A stretch of 62,819 bases of DNA, counting the filler, from Hausera hauseri (Eukaryota): assembly GCA_046269625.1 (NCBI GenBank). It is 12 parts of 12 records of this genome, joined end to end, with 100 filler letters (N's around TTAATTAATTAA, not from the genome) between each part and the next. Parts side by side here need not be neighbours in the genome. Positions count along the whole stretch, not along the records: positions 18,960 to 24,853 come from JBJURY010172417.1; positions 24,954 to 29,767 come from JBJURY010426363.1; positions 29,868 to 34,802 come from JBJURY010386924.1; positions 34,903 to 39,359 come from JBJURY010571228.1; 8 more parts are not named here. The stretch is one strand, 5' to 3'. The translations under genes were made by a program, and so were the position numbers. Positions 24,643 through 36,033 of the stretch are shown here, piece by piece (within the stretch, counting starts at the first letter, position 1; every line of letters begins with the position of its first letter). Below the pieces are notes generated by a model. The model was not told the origin of the DNA and made no database searches. It saw only the letters and a program-made list of their open reading frames with translations.

Positions 24643-24853
24643 ATGACCGAGAAGGCGAAGATTTCATCAGTCAGTTCCGATTTCGATATCGATAATTTCT
24701 TGCAGCAGCACATCACTGTCCTGAAGCCATTATCTAAAAACCTGTACCGACAAATTGGAGAAAATTTGAAAAGCCAGAATTATGTAGAATTCAAACATGA
24801 GAGTAAAATACCGAACGGACTAAAATGGGGTTTAGAAGAGAATCGACTGGTCC
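24643..24853 (+). CDS. Conserved orphan ORF of the gypsy element, after a splice-acceptor-like site; truncated by contig end
   Basis: Pyrimidine tract + CAG at 24620-24636. IDNFLQQHITVLKPLSKNLYRQI aligns with IDDFLQ-YGTVLIPKSKGIYRRI at 40129 (minus). Confidence 0.65.
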
Positions 24854-24953
24854 NNNNNNNNNNNNNNNNNNNNNNNNNNNNNNNNNNNNNNNNNNNNTTA
24901 ATTAATTAANNNNNNNNNNNNNNNNNNNNNNNNNNNNNNNNNNNNNNNNNNNN

Positions 24954-26015
24954 CATGAGTATTTACGTGGTGTTGCCGTGCAAAATTTGTCCGACGACTT
25001 GTCCGAACAATTTAGCCAGTGAATACGTCGTAGATTGGAACAATCCTTTAGATTTATCTGCTGAAAATGGAGGTTGCACTGACGGAATTTAACTTTTCCT
25101 ACGTGCCGTTGACATTGAAAGTTAGTATGAAAATAACGTACAAAAAGACTGTTACTGAAACCAAAACACGTTCTTGTCCTCTGACACTTACTAACAATAA
25201 AATAACTTGTGTAGAATCGGCCATATGCACGACCAAAGCAGGTTCCGGTTCACACAGAAAAATCGGTGTTTATGTTTTAGAGGAAAACTTAGTTTTTATT
25301 GCAAATTTTTAACTTACTGTTACCTTTGAGTCTTCTGAGATGGCGCAGAAATTTGCATTCAAAAATACAGAGTAAAAAGGCAATCATATTAAAAGTGAAT
25401 ATATTGTTCCTCCAAGATTAACTCTGATATATTACCATACAACGGTGAAATTTACCTATACAACAGGAAGGGTGTCAACATCATTCGTCTCTATTGGAGA
25501 CACTGTCTATTGTGAATCTCTAGCACAACTATGTCAACACTTTTTCAATCAAAAGTACAAGGCGATATTTAAAGGTTTTTGAGTCAGATGCAAATGTGTA
25601 CGTTAAGTTTGAACTGGCTAAGGATATTGTCCACATTTCATTGGACAAAGCTTTGGCCATGGTATTACGTTTTGAAAAACTGTGGTTTGAGACATCATAT
25701 ACGAAGACACGAGCAGCGGTGACAAATGTTGCAACACTCAAACCCAAATTGAAAACGGGACTAAGTCAAATGTACATTTACTTGAATGTCACCGTACCGG
25801 TACTCCATGCAATTTATCCGGAAATCAGCAGATATACTGCCTGCGACAATGTTACTGTAAAGCTCAATAATCCAATGTACCTACACGTGATATCTACATC
25901 TATAAACAATGTTGAATTGAATATCCGATGTGATTCGTGCTACCTTATTGAATTATCGTGCGGTACCACAACCAGTCTAACTCTTCATTTCTGTCGAATC
26001 CAACAACATGATTGA
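24954..26015 (+). pseudogene. Maverick/adintovirus minor capsid (penton-like) protein, frameshifted
   Basis: N-terminus YVVLPCK...PNNLASEYVVDWNNPLDLS / MEVALTEF and C-terminus MYIY...NPMYLHV...INNVELNIR...LTLHF match the Maverick penton pattern. Confidence 0.8.
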
Positions 26016-26319
26016 TTCCGGAATCGTATCCATTTACAGTAAACCGCAGCAGGGCGGTGAACTGGCGTATTTCGTCAGTAAACAGTACGGCTCTGTATGG
26101 TTGCGTACATTGGCACGTTTAGCATTTCCGGTGTTGAAGCGTGTTAGTGCCGTGGCAGCAAAAACCGCAAAGGATGTACTATATGAAAACAAGTCGATTT
26201 TACCATCACTGAAGGAACACGCATTGTGGGAAATAAAAAGCGTTACACCGGGAGTCGTTGAATCAGTCAAAGGAACAATTCGCTGGCAGTGGCTTGATAA
26301 GAAAACGTGGACGTGGTAG
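26008..26319 (+). CDS. Small Maverick/adintovirus core or membrane-active protein
   Basis: QQGG...KQYGSVWLRTLARLAFPVLKRV...KTAKDVL amphipathic pattern; lies between penton and major capsid genes. Confidence 0.65.
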   Translation: MIDSGIVSIYSKPQQGGELAYFVSKQYGSVWLRTLARLAFPVLKRVSAVAAKTAKDVLYENKSILPSLKEHALWEIKSVTPGVVESVKGTIRWQWLDKKTWTW

Positions 26320-26374
26320 ATCAGTTAGCTTTTCAACTATAAACAAAAGTCGTCGTCGTACGATTTTCGATTGA

Positions 26375-27580
26375 TTGACTGACAGACAGACAGACAAGTG
26401 GCACCTGCAAAATCCGAATTGTGAATATTTGACAAAGCGGCGCTACAAGTCGTTATTTACAATGTGGCATTTGAAGAAATCTGCCAAGAAATCGGACAAT
26501 AAATACATGGATTTGAACGATACTCTACTCTATTTAAAAGTCATTGATAAAAAGGACGCGTCAACGGTTTGCACTGCAACAGACACTGTCACACCGGCCA
26601 ATTACCTTTTCCTCACACTGTTTCAGGAGGTTTTATTGACTCTGAACAGCGTCAAATCGAAGGCAGTACCAGTCTATACAGTATCAAAGCACTCATTGAA
26701 ATGGCTCTAAATTATAGTACTGACACGAAAACGACTTATTTGACGAAAACCATCGGATATGATGCCACAGCGGCAAACCGTCAGGCATGGGTGACAAAAT
26801 CAAAAGCGCTTACAATGTGTGGACCGCTGTACTTTGACTTTTTTGATCAGCCGAAATACCTACTGCCCGGTGTTAAAGCCATAATTTGGCTCAAACGCAG
26901 CGACAATGTCTTTTGTTTGAAAACCCTTTGAGAATCTCAAACCCATACTGAAAATTACTGAGACACGATTATACGTACGTCGAATAAAGGTAGAACCGCC
27001 TGTGCTCGTGGGACATCAATTGGGCTTTGAAACACAAAATGCCTGTTACCCGATACAACGCGTAGAACTCGTCTTTTACACCACACTCAAAGGTTCAGCA
27101 ACGTTTTACAAGGACGCACTGTTTGGCGACATGCGATTGCCGAAATTTTTACTCGTCACATTTCAAACGACTGTTCAACAAACGGACAGTTATACCGCCG
27201 ATTCGGAAACGTTTACCCATAGCAATGTGAATTACATCAGTTTGGGTCGGAATGCGAATTTTGTTGAGACGTACAAACAAGATTTTGAGTCTAATGATTA
27301 CGTTTGCACATATATGTAATCTATTGTGTTTAACATGGGTTTGCTCAACAAAAACATTAACAACTGCATATTGATGGATCTGTTCAAGTCCACCTATCCA
27401 TTTTTTACCTTCGTGTTGGCTCCGGATTATGACCTTGAACAGATTCAACTACCTTAGCAGGGAAACCTACGACTGGAGGTTCACTTTGCCAAAGCGTTGG
27501 AGCAATTTACAGTGATGTACATTTACGGTAAATTTGATGCCGAGGTTGAAATAACGAAAAACGGAACCGTCGTTGTATAA
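26375..27580 (+). pseudogene. Maverick/adintovirus double jelly-roll major capsid (hexon-like) protein, frameshifted
   Basis: YMDLNDTLLYLKV; ANYLFLTLF; LIEMALNYSTDTK; FFDQPKYLLPGV; YPIQRVE; LPKFLLV; GNLRLEVHFAKAL; YGKFDAEVEITKNG. Confidence 0.9.
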
Positions 27581-28216
27581 ATAAAATCCGCTCTGTCTCA
27601 CCTTCTCTTCTTCGTCGTCGTACTATAAAATAATTTATTACTACTATTGCTATTATACTTAATTCACATTTCGCTCCACCGAGCTCAGTCACAACGGAAA
27701 ACTGCTCTTGGGCGTGAAATTTCGTGGCGTATTTCTACTGGACTGTGTGCCGCGTGATTTACAACAAAGTGGCGGCTTTACTGTAAATATTTACACTTCA
27801 TCGTTGCCCGGCAAACATTGGATTGCTGTGCACGTCCACCATCCGACCAACGTCGTATTCGATCCGCTCGGATTTTTCTAGCCGTCATTGCTAGTTTCTT
27901 AAATTGAACGGCATTCGTCATACCGTGTTGAATATAATCGAGTTCATTATCAACATCCAATGACTATACTGTGTGGACATTACCGCATATTGTGGCTTAC
28001 ATTACAATCACTTTTGTGAAAAAAACGTTTTCTCTTTTGTGAAATATGTTTTTTTGTTATTGATGCTTTTGGTTTGCGTGCGTAATTAAATTCCGTTACG
28101 ATAACCGATTATCGGTTTTTGTTGATTTTGTAAGCAAAAAACAGAGTGAAACTAGACATTTTACAATAATAATGATGACGATGATTTTGAACGACGTTTT
28201 TCACCGACTTACAATC

Positions 28217-29010
28217 GTCTGATCGTGAGGCGGCTGGAATATGAAATACTCAACTACTGATGGGCTACGTGCTCAACCCATTTACACAGCCAGCAGACTT
28301 GAACAGTGGGAAATTTTTACCCTTTGAAAATTTCCCATCAATTTTTCCCCATGTTCTCATGGTCAGACCGCGTTGAAATTGTGTGCATTCGACTCACCGA
28401 CATTCATTTGACATTGGCACCAAACATTGCGAAATTCGTAACTCGTATCTCGTTTCTCGTAGAACATTTCCCGTTTTGCTTCTTTTGTATCTAGCGCCGC
28501 CGGGTTACATTTTTGACTGTCGCCACGCTATGAAAATTTTCTCGCCTCATCGAGCTCTACCGATTTCCATCGGTAACAAGTGCGACACATGACATGTGCT
28601 TCCGGCTGGGGAGGGGTCTTCCGACCAAAATGTGAAATGATCAGAATTGCGAGATAGGTGGGGAAAACTTAGTCTGAGGTCGATCTGAGCACTTTTGGGA
28701 AAGTGAGCACGAACCCTCACTTCTACCTACTACACTGATTTTGACTTACACTTTTAACAATGCATCTTTTCGCTTCGTTTGTTCGTACGGTTGCCGATTT
28801 CACCTGGATCCTTTGGTCTGATCGTGAAGCGGCTATAACATGAAATGTTCAACTACTGATGGACTATGTGCTCGACCCATTTCCACTGCTGTTTGACTTT
28901 TGTAATAGGAAATTTTCCCAGTTTAAAATTTTCCCATCGATTTTTCCCATGGTTCCATGTTCTGATTGAGTTGCATCCGTGTCCACTGGATTCGCCAACA
29001 TCGATTTACG
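28217..29010 (+). repeat. Two diverged direct repeats of about 195 bp (28217-28410 and 28816-29010)
   Basis: Shared blocks GTCTGATCGTGA-GCGGCT, TCAACTACTGATGG-CTA-GTGCTC-ACCCATTT and AAAATTT-CCCATC-ATTTTTCCCATG. Confidence 0.8.
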
Positions 29011-29059
29011 TTTGGTACCCGCATAAAATTATATTTCCTCGATCATTCTTCCGTATTTA

Positions 29060-29574
29060 AATATTATTTGGTTCCTGACCAACACGATTACTAGTCGGAT
29101 CCAATAAATCTCGCACTTCTTCTTTATACACTTCAATAAATAAAGAGGTAACTGTGTACTTTAGTTTGTCTTTATTTTCCGAAATAATTTAAAAATTTAC
29201 TTCTACAGCTCTTGGGACAATTCCTTTCTCTTCATCTAATACTTCTTCTTGATTAAAAGTTCCCATTGTGTACGTTTTTCCAGAACCCGTTTGCCCGTAA
29301 GTGAATATTGTAGAATTATAACCTTCAAATATGTTATCCACCAATTCTTTATCACAAGTTTTAAGATTTCTTTCTGGATAGATTTCGGACTAAACACACC
29401 ATCAAGTGTAAATTCACGATCCTTCCCAACGATTATTTGTTTGAGATCTTGTAAAATTTTAATGCAAGATTCTTCGCCATTCAACTTTTCTTTGGGCAAT
29501 AAAGGTCGAACCCGTGTGACAACCCTGACGTTTGTTTCAGCGACCGATGGATCAATCATGCAATTATAAAACAA
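29060..29574 (-). pseudogene. Kinesin-4 (KIF7/KIF27-like) motor domain N-terminal fragment, frameshifted
   Basis: VRVVTRVRPLLPKEK...IIVGKDREFTLDGVF; other frames give [23 protein letters not shown] (P-loop), GIVPRAV and FIEVYKEEVRDLLD. Confidence 0.85.
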
Positions 29575-29867
29575 TAGTTTTGTAAAGACTGTCTAACAAC
29601 CTTCCAACCATGGCTATTCTCGCTCTCCCAGTTTTCCGAACCCTGCCAGAGGTCATGTATTCATTATTTTGCACTCTGTTTTTATATCACGCACACTCAT
29701 TCAACCATTTTAACCTTTAATAACCCGATTTTTAACAACCAGTACACACAGTGCAACCAACCATGAANNNNNNNNNNNNNNNNNNNNNNNNNNNNNNNNN
29801 NNNNNNNNNNNTTAATTAATTAANNNNNNNNNNNNNNNNNNNNNNNNNNNNNNNNNNNNNNNNNNNN

Positions 29868-31033
29868 CCTATATGAGGCACAGATTACATACAGTTCTAT
29901 TATGATCACAAACATTTTTTAAGTCACTTCGCATCAAAGTCAACGAAAACTATCTTCAATACATAATATAATCTTGATGCATGTGCTTCGAAATATGGTG
30001 CTTCCAATTATGCTGCTGGATCTGGTGCAGCAGCTGCGAAGCATATTAGAGAATTGAAACTCGCGGCCGCATCAAATGCAGAGGCTTCAAAAAAAGTCAA
30101 AGACAGCGGCCACATAAACAATGCTGATGGCTAAGATTCCAATAGGGCCTTCAAGACTAGAATAATCAGAATGGACGCAAAAGTCGCACGAAAAGCTGAT
30201 ACGTGAACCCGGGGTGAGCCAATATAATAAGAGCGGATGGATTCTGGCAACCATCAAGAGATTGATTGTGCATGTGCACAAGTATTCTCCAATGCGGGGT
30301 AGTTCCTATATTCAACTTCCAGAATGGATCGTAAAGAAAAGGGCTTTCATCAATGTCCTGAATAATGAAAAGTGTTTCATGTATGCCCTTCTATCAAAAC
30401 TCGTACGGGATCAACATAATCCTTCACGAGTTTGGCAATATAGCGATATGCAGCACAACTATGACTTCCAATGTATCAAGTTCCAACATCCAGAGATGGA
30501 ATTAAAAAATTCGGAAGACTGAACAATATATCAATCAATACCTTGAGATTGAATGAGGAGGACAAATTCTATCCCCTACAAATATGTGATGCTGAACTGG
30601 AAAACCATTGGGATCTGCTCCTACTAGATGATGTGAAAAGAGGTATTTCATCTGGATAAAGAACTTTAAACGTCTAGTTAAATCCAAATTTACGAAACAT
30701 AAGGAAATAATCGAAATATGCAAACGATGCTTGCCCAATTTCAGCCTCAATTTAGTTGTGGAGAAGCTGAATGAGCACAAGATGTACAGAAACAACAATT
30801 ATTGTATCAGGCCAGATTTTCCTAAGGATGACTACATTGAATTCAATAAGTTCGAGAAAAACCTTAAGGTCCTAATAGTTATCTATTGCGACTTTGAGGA
30901 TATTCTGCATCCATTTCAGAGTTTCAGTCCTAATCCCCAACATAGCCGCACAACGGCATACCAATATCATGAGCTCTAATCATATTGCATGCATGCCGAA
31001 GGACTGGACAGTGAACTATATCTATTCAGGGTC
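29868..31033 (+). pseudogene. Maverick protein-primed DNA polymerase B, N-terminal remnant
   Basis: SGWIL...YSPMRGSSYIQLPEWIVKKRAFINVLNNEKCFMYALLS; VIYCDFEDIL (Exo I); YQYHEL. Confidence 0.85.
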
Positions 31034-31199
31034 ATATGTTACCTACATTCATTATCTATATTACTAGCATATTACATGTATAGTTCCTGCAGATTACCCA
31101 TATATCCTGCCTGTATTTCATACCAAATACATTCTATCTATATAATTCCTATATCACATACATACTCCCTGTGTATTACCTGCATATTACTCACATTAG

Positions 31200-31590
31200 C
31201 TAAATATTACTTGTATTTTACACACATACACAGATATATATATATATATATGATCTATACATTTTCCCAAGTTAGTTGCATTTTACATGCAGAGACAAGC
31301 ACGCAGACATATATCGTAATCATTCATTTGTCAGGTTACTTACATTTTACATGCACAGACAAGTACAAACACAAGCATACAAACATATATCTGAGCTATA
31401 CCTTTTCTCAGGTTAGTTGAACTTTACAAGCACAGACATGCATATGACACCATATGTCTTAATCATTCATTTCTCAAGTTACTCGCATTTTACCCACCCA
31501 CACACAAACATGCACACACGACTTATATTTGAGCCATTTCTTTCTCAAGTTACACCATTTTACCCACACACACATATATATACATTATAA
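31200..31590 (+). repeat. Degenerate CA/TA-rich minisatellite (about 65-75 bp units)
   Basis: Recurring TTT(C)TCA(A/G)GTTA...CATTTTAC(A/C)...CACAGACA blocks, about five to six copies. Confidence 0.7.
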
Positions 31591-31799
31591 AAGTGCTTAG
31601 CCTTATGCCGAAGTAGTATTGTTATGAAATAAATGTGTTATGAAATTAGTTGGCCTTATGTACATAGTATTTACTTAGTTTTATTTGGCCTTCTCCTACA
31701 TCCCACATTACTTGATCAAGAAGACAACACGATATTTCTATACAACATTTATTGATCAAAGAATAACAAAGAATAACAATATGTACATAGTTACAATAA

Positions 31800-34700
31800 T
31801 TCCACATGCCCGTGAGGTAGTGTGTGGATTCCATTGCTGAGGATCTGCCTCTTGCCGTCCATCCAATCTAGGCTTTTTTTCTGTAAGGTAACAATTTGGA
31901 TGTTATGATCCCTAGATTGGATCCTTTTCATTTCCGACAATATGTAAGTCTGTTCCTACAGAACTGTCATATAGTCTTGAAAATTGGTCTTCTTGGCCAA
32001 TGTAGTCCTTTGAACCCATATTGCCAGATTCCTTATTTAACTACATATGTCTAGGGAAAAAATCGATATTATTGCCCTATTCACCTCGGCTTTGAATTTC
32101 CCAAGGACCTTTTTGATGGCAATTGAATAAATGGGATGATCCTTCGGATAGTCCGAAGTATCCATATCCACTGGGCAAAGTCCTTATAAATGTACTCTGT
32201 ATGGGTCTCGGGATTGTTGAATTGCAAGGGCGTTTTCAGCATATGAATGCTGACCATGTTCTCCGCATATATGGTGCTGCTGTGAAAATTGCTGCTTGGC
32301 AATGTGCTTCTTTGCCCGCTTGCACTCAGAGACCAGTTGTTACGTAGCTTGAATTGAACCTTCTCAAAGTCGTTTTTAGCATTGGTCCGTACCTTCCTAT
32401 TAAGATCTATGTGCGGCTGCAGCCAGTTGAACTAGCTGAACTGCAGGGTCCGATGGATCTTAGTAATACGTTGTCTATTTCTGACTGCCTGCTGGAGATT
32501 TATGTAATGGACTACATACCTCTCCCTACTATCCAGATGGCAGAGCAGCTTTCTATGCTTTCCATGTGGTGGAGGCTTGAACTCAGGGAGGAAAGGCAGC
32601 AGTTGATACATTGCATGGATAGAATCCGGATATTCCATATCCATCTCCAGTATGTATGCCGTATCTCCTGTGGGATCCAGGTCCAGCGCAGTGATGTTTT
32701 TAGGATGCTCAAACCACTTGAATTTATCATATGGCAACGGGGCGCTCATTGCCCATCCATACAAGTTGTTGGCATCTAGGTATGATATCTATGAGGATTC
32801 CTTGGATGGATCATACTGGGCCACATATTGTTGTTATCCTCGCAATACCGATGAATGGCCTGGCATATTCCGCCTCTAATGCCTCTCTCAATAATAAGGA
32901 TCATGTCGTAATCCTTTATGATCTGGAGCCTAATACCCGTATAGCGCTGCATAACAGCCCATCTCATCACTGGAGCCGTAAAGAATTAGCTCGATCCAGT
33001 GCATGACTCTTCATCGTAACATCCCTGAAACTCTCGAAGACATCCATCAGAAGCAGACCGTCCGTCTTGAGGTGTATGTCGCTGTATTCCCCTAATGTTC
33101 GGCATTGGAATGCATACCAGACGTTATGGGCATGCTGGTGGTCCTCATCACTTATATGGAAATCTGAGAGGATATTGTAAAAGTCCTTCGTGGCCGGCAA
33201 TGAGGTCTTATCCAGAGTTTCCCACGAAGTTATATAGTCATAGGGAAACATGCCTTTCTTTTTGACGGGGTCAAATGTAGTGGAAAAGAACGGCTTTGTC
33301 TCCTTGAGTTCTTCTGCAGGGAGATTCTTCATTAAACTGTCAAGTGAAGACGACATGAGACTAAAACTCTCTGTGAAGTGAAGCCTGGTTTCCCAACATG
33401 CTTGATAAATATGATGTATTTTTCCTCACTGTTGGGGATCACATCAATGTTTCCTTTACTGGTGCTCAGTTCTCGAACAATGAAATGGAAATCTAAGCCA
33501 CTGAGATTATGGAACACTGCAGGCACATATGTACATGTTTTGCAACGTAGATTTAGTTGTAGCACGACGCGCCCCGATATTTGCCTGTAAAATTGTAATG
33601 ATTCCTAGTTTTATGATTCTCCTTAGTGAATGATTTGGAGCACAAGTGACACGCTGTTGTCTTGCGCCATTCTTTTTCTTGCTACTTCAACATGTTCATT
33701 GTATCCTTATGCTGCTGCTGCTGATATCTGCAATACTATGAGCCATATCATCAAGTTGTTTCATGAAATGAGCTACTGTGCCTGGACCCTGAATAGATAT
33801 AGTTCACTGTCCAGTCCTTCGGCATTCATGCAATATGATTAGAGCTCATGATATTGGTATGCCGTTGTGCGGCTATGTTGGTGATTAGGACTGAAACTCT
33901 GAACTGGATGCAGAATATCCTCAAAGTCGCAATAGATAACTATTAGGACCTTGAGCTTCTTCTCGAACTCCTTGAATTCAATGTAGTCATTCCTAGGAAA
34001 ATCTGGCCTAATACAATAATTGTTGTTTCTGTACATATTGTGCTCTTTCAGCTTCAATACAGCTACATCGCCGCTGAAATAGGAAAAGAATTGTTTACAT
34101 GTTTCTATTTGTCCATGATGTTTCGTAATTTTTGACCACACTAGCCGCTCGAAGTCTTTAATCCAAACATAATGTTTCTTTTATCCGTCGTCTAGTAGGA
34201 GCAGATCGCTATGATCTTCCAATTTAGTATCACATATCTGTAAGGGATAGAATTTGTGCACCTCATTTAATTCCAAGGTATTGATTGATATATTGTTGAG
34301 TCTTCCGAATTTGTCAATTTCATCTATGAATGGTTAGAACTTGATACATTCGAAGTCATAGTTCTGCTGCACATCCTTATATAGCCAAACACATATTGTC
34401 ATGATTATGGACATTGACATGCCTTTTTATTAGTTATTCAACCAGAGAACTAAATATATGAACTGTTCCGCATAGGCGAATACTTGTGCACAGGCACAAT
34501 CAATCTCTTTATGGTTGCCAGAGTCCGTCCGCTCTTCTTACCTTGGCTCTGCCCGGGTTCACAGATCAGCTTCTAGTGCGACTTTGCATCCATTCTGCCA
34601 TGTTGATATTTTCCAATGTGGGTCTATTTTTAGTCTTGAAGGCCATATTGGAATTTTCGCCATCAACATTGATATACGTGGACTCCAGTTTCTTACTTTC

Positions 34701-34802
34701 TTTAAGGGCTTTGAGATCAGCCATGCTGTCCTGAAGAATTCCCTCTGTCTCCTCCTTTTTGTATGAGAGGAAATCTTGGATGGTTGTTGTAGCAGTTGCC
34801 AT
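31800..34802 (-). pseudogene. Maverick protein-primed DNA polymerase B, near full length but decayed
   Basis: VIYCDFED; endonuclease-VII-like CHLC...TGKYRGAS; VFHNLSGLDFHFI; KKGMFPYDY; LGEYSDIHLKTDGLLL; GIRGGI; DANNLYGWAMS; KKVLGKFKAE; C-terminal GIHTLPHGH. The YxDTDS motif appears deleted. Confidence 0.92.
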
Positions 34803-34902
34803 NNNNNNNNNNNNNNNNNNNNNNNNNNNNNNNNNNNNNNNNNNNNTTAATTAATTAANNNNNNNNNNNNNNNNNNNNNNNNNNNNNNNNNNNNNNNNNN
34901 NN

Positions 34903-35050
34903 GGTAGATCAGGAGCGAATTGGCAGTAAGAACCACCAGCTCATGACCATCACCTCAAAAAAGAAAGCACTGGATCCCTCTGACGATAAACGACACTGGG
35001 TTGATAAAAACCATAGTGTCGCCTATAGACATTATTCATTGCTTATGTAA
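34903..35050 (+). pseudogene. Maverick pPolB extreme C-terminus
   Basis: SKNHQLMTITSKKKALDPSDDKRHWVDKNHSVAYRHY*, followed by AATAAA. Confidence 0.8.
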
Positions 35051-35089
35051 ATAAATTTTTATTTCTTATGCTTTTCTCATTAAGGGGAA

Positions 35090-35357
35090 TACCGCTTTGT
35101 TCCAGGGTAGGACTTTCTTCAAGGGTAGGATTTTCTTCCAGGGTCAGACTTTGTTCCGGGGTGAAAATAGTGAAACCCATTTGGCCCCAATGATTTCTGA
35201 TTGGTCCTCTACTTCTATTGGCTTACTTCCTTCCCCCCGATGAAGTGTCCTCTTCCCATTCGACAGTTTCCCTTCCCATCGATGACGTGTTCTCCTCCTA
35301 TTGGCTTCCTTCCTTCCCTGGGGTGGGTTTGGGGCGAAGTCCTCCCTTCCAACTACT
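35090..35357. mobile_element. Probable Maverick terminal inverted repeat ending in ACTACT
   Basis: Short internal repeats (AGGGTAGGA-TTTCTTC twice, CTATTGGCTT twice) and a G-rich patch, then ACTACT at 35352-35357, just downstream of pPolB. Confidence 0.6.
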
Positions 35358-36033
35358 TTCATTTATTGATGACAGCGGTTTGGGTATATGCATCGGTTGG
35401 TCATAGTCCTCATTGTGGGTGTATATACGTTTTTGTTGGATTGCTTCCACAACATATATACAGTTGGTTGAAGAAGAAATTGCAAAAGACAATAATTCCA
35501 CCGAAGTAATAGTAATAATTACACTACAGTTATTGAGTAGTTTGTAATTAATGTCAAATATAGGATCGCTATAGCTGATGTTGACAGTTAATTTGCCACT
35601 AGCGGAATGAATAGCTATAATGTCGAATTTTTTGAGTTTATCGATAAGGATTAATTGTGATAATGAATTGGTGATGTCGGTTGATGTTTGTTGTATACAC
35701 CTTTGTCTGGAATATAGTTGGAATTTCTCAGACTTTAGGTTATTTGGGATAGCTGTTTGATTGAAAAAAATATGAAACAATTGGTCTACACTTAGGTAGG
35801 ACGGTAATGCGTCGTAAAAGTTTGTGAATTAATATAGGGCTCCATTTGCAGTCTTAATACAAAACATAATTATAAAAGTTTATTTACACTAATTAAATAT
35901 AATTTACACAGAAAAATAACATGCAGTACTATATAAGCATAAATTATATACAATGGTCATAAGATGAAGAACTTAAATGATTAAGAATAAAGGTAACAAT
36001 AATATACATAGCCACGATTTTTATCCCTTTTAG

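Noticed and set aside
30989-31420. 143-aa Tyr/Ile/His-rich ORF
   Set aside because: Apart from the first few pPolB codons it is translation of a CA/TA-rich minisatellite.
8993-34802. Alternative genetic code explaining the many in-frame stops
   Set aside because: Stops are of all three types, replace different residues and occur alongside frameshifts. Collagen and phage genes read cleanly in the standard code. This is ordinary decay.
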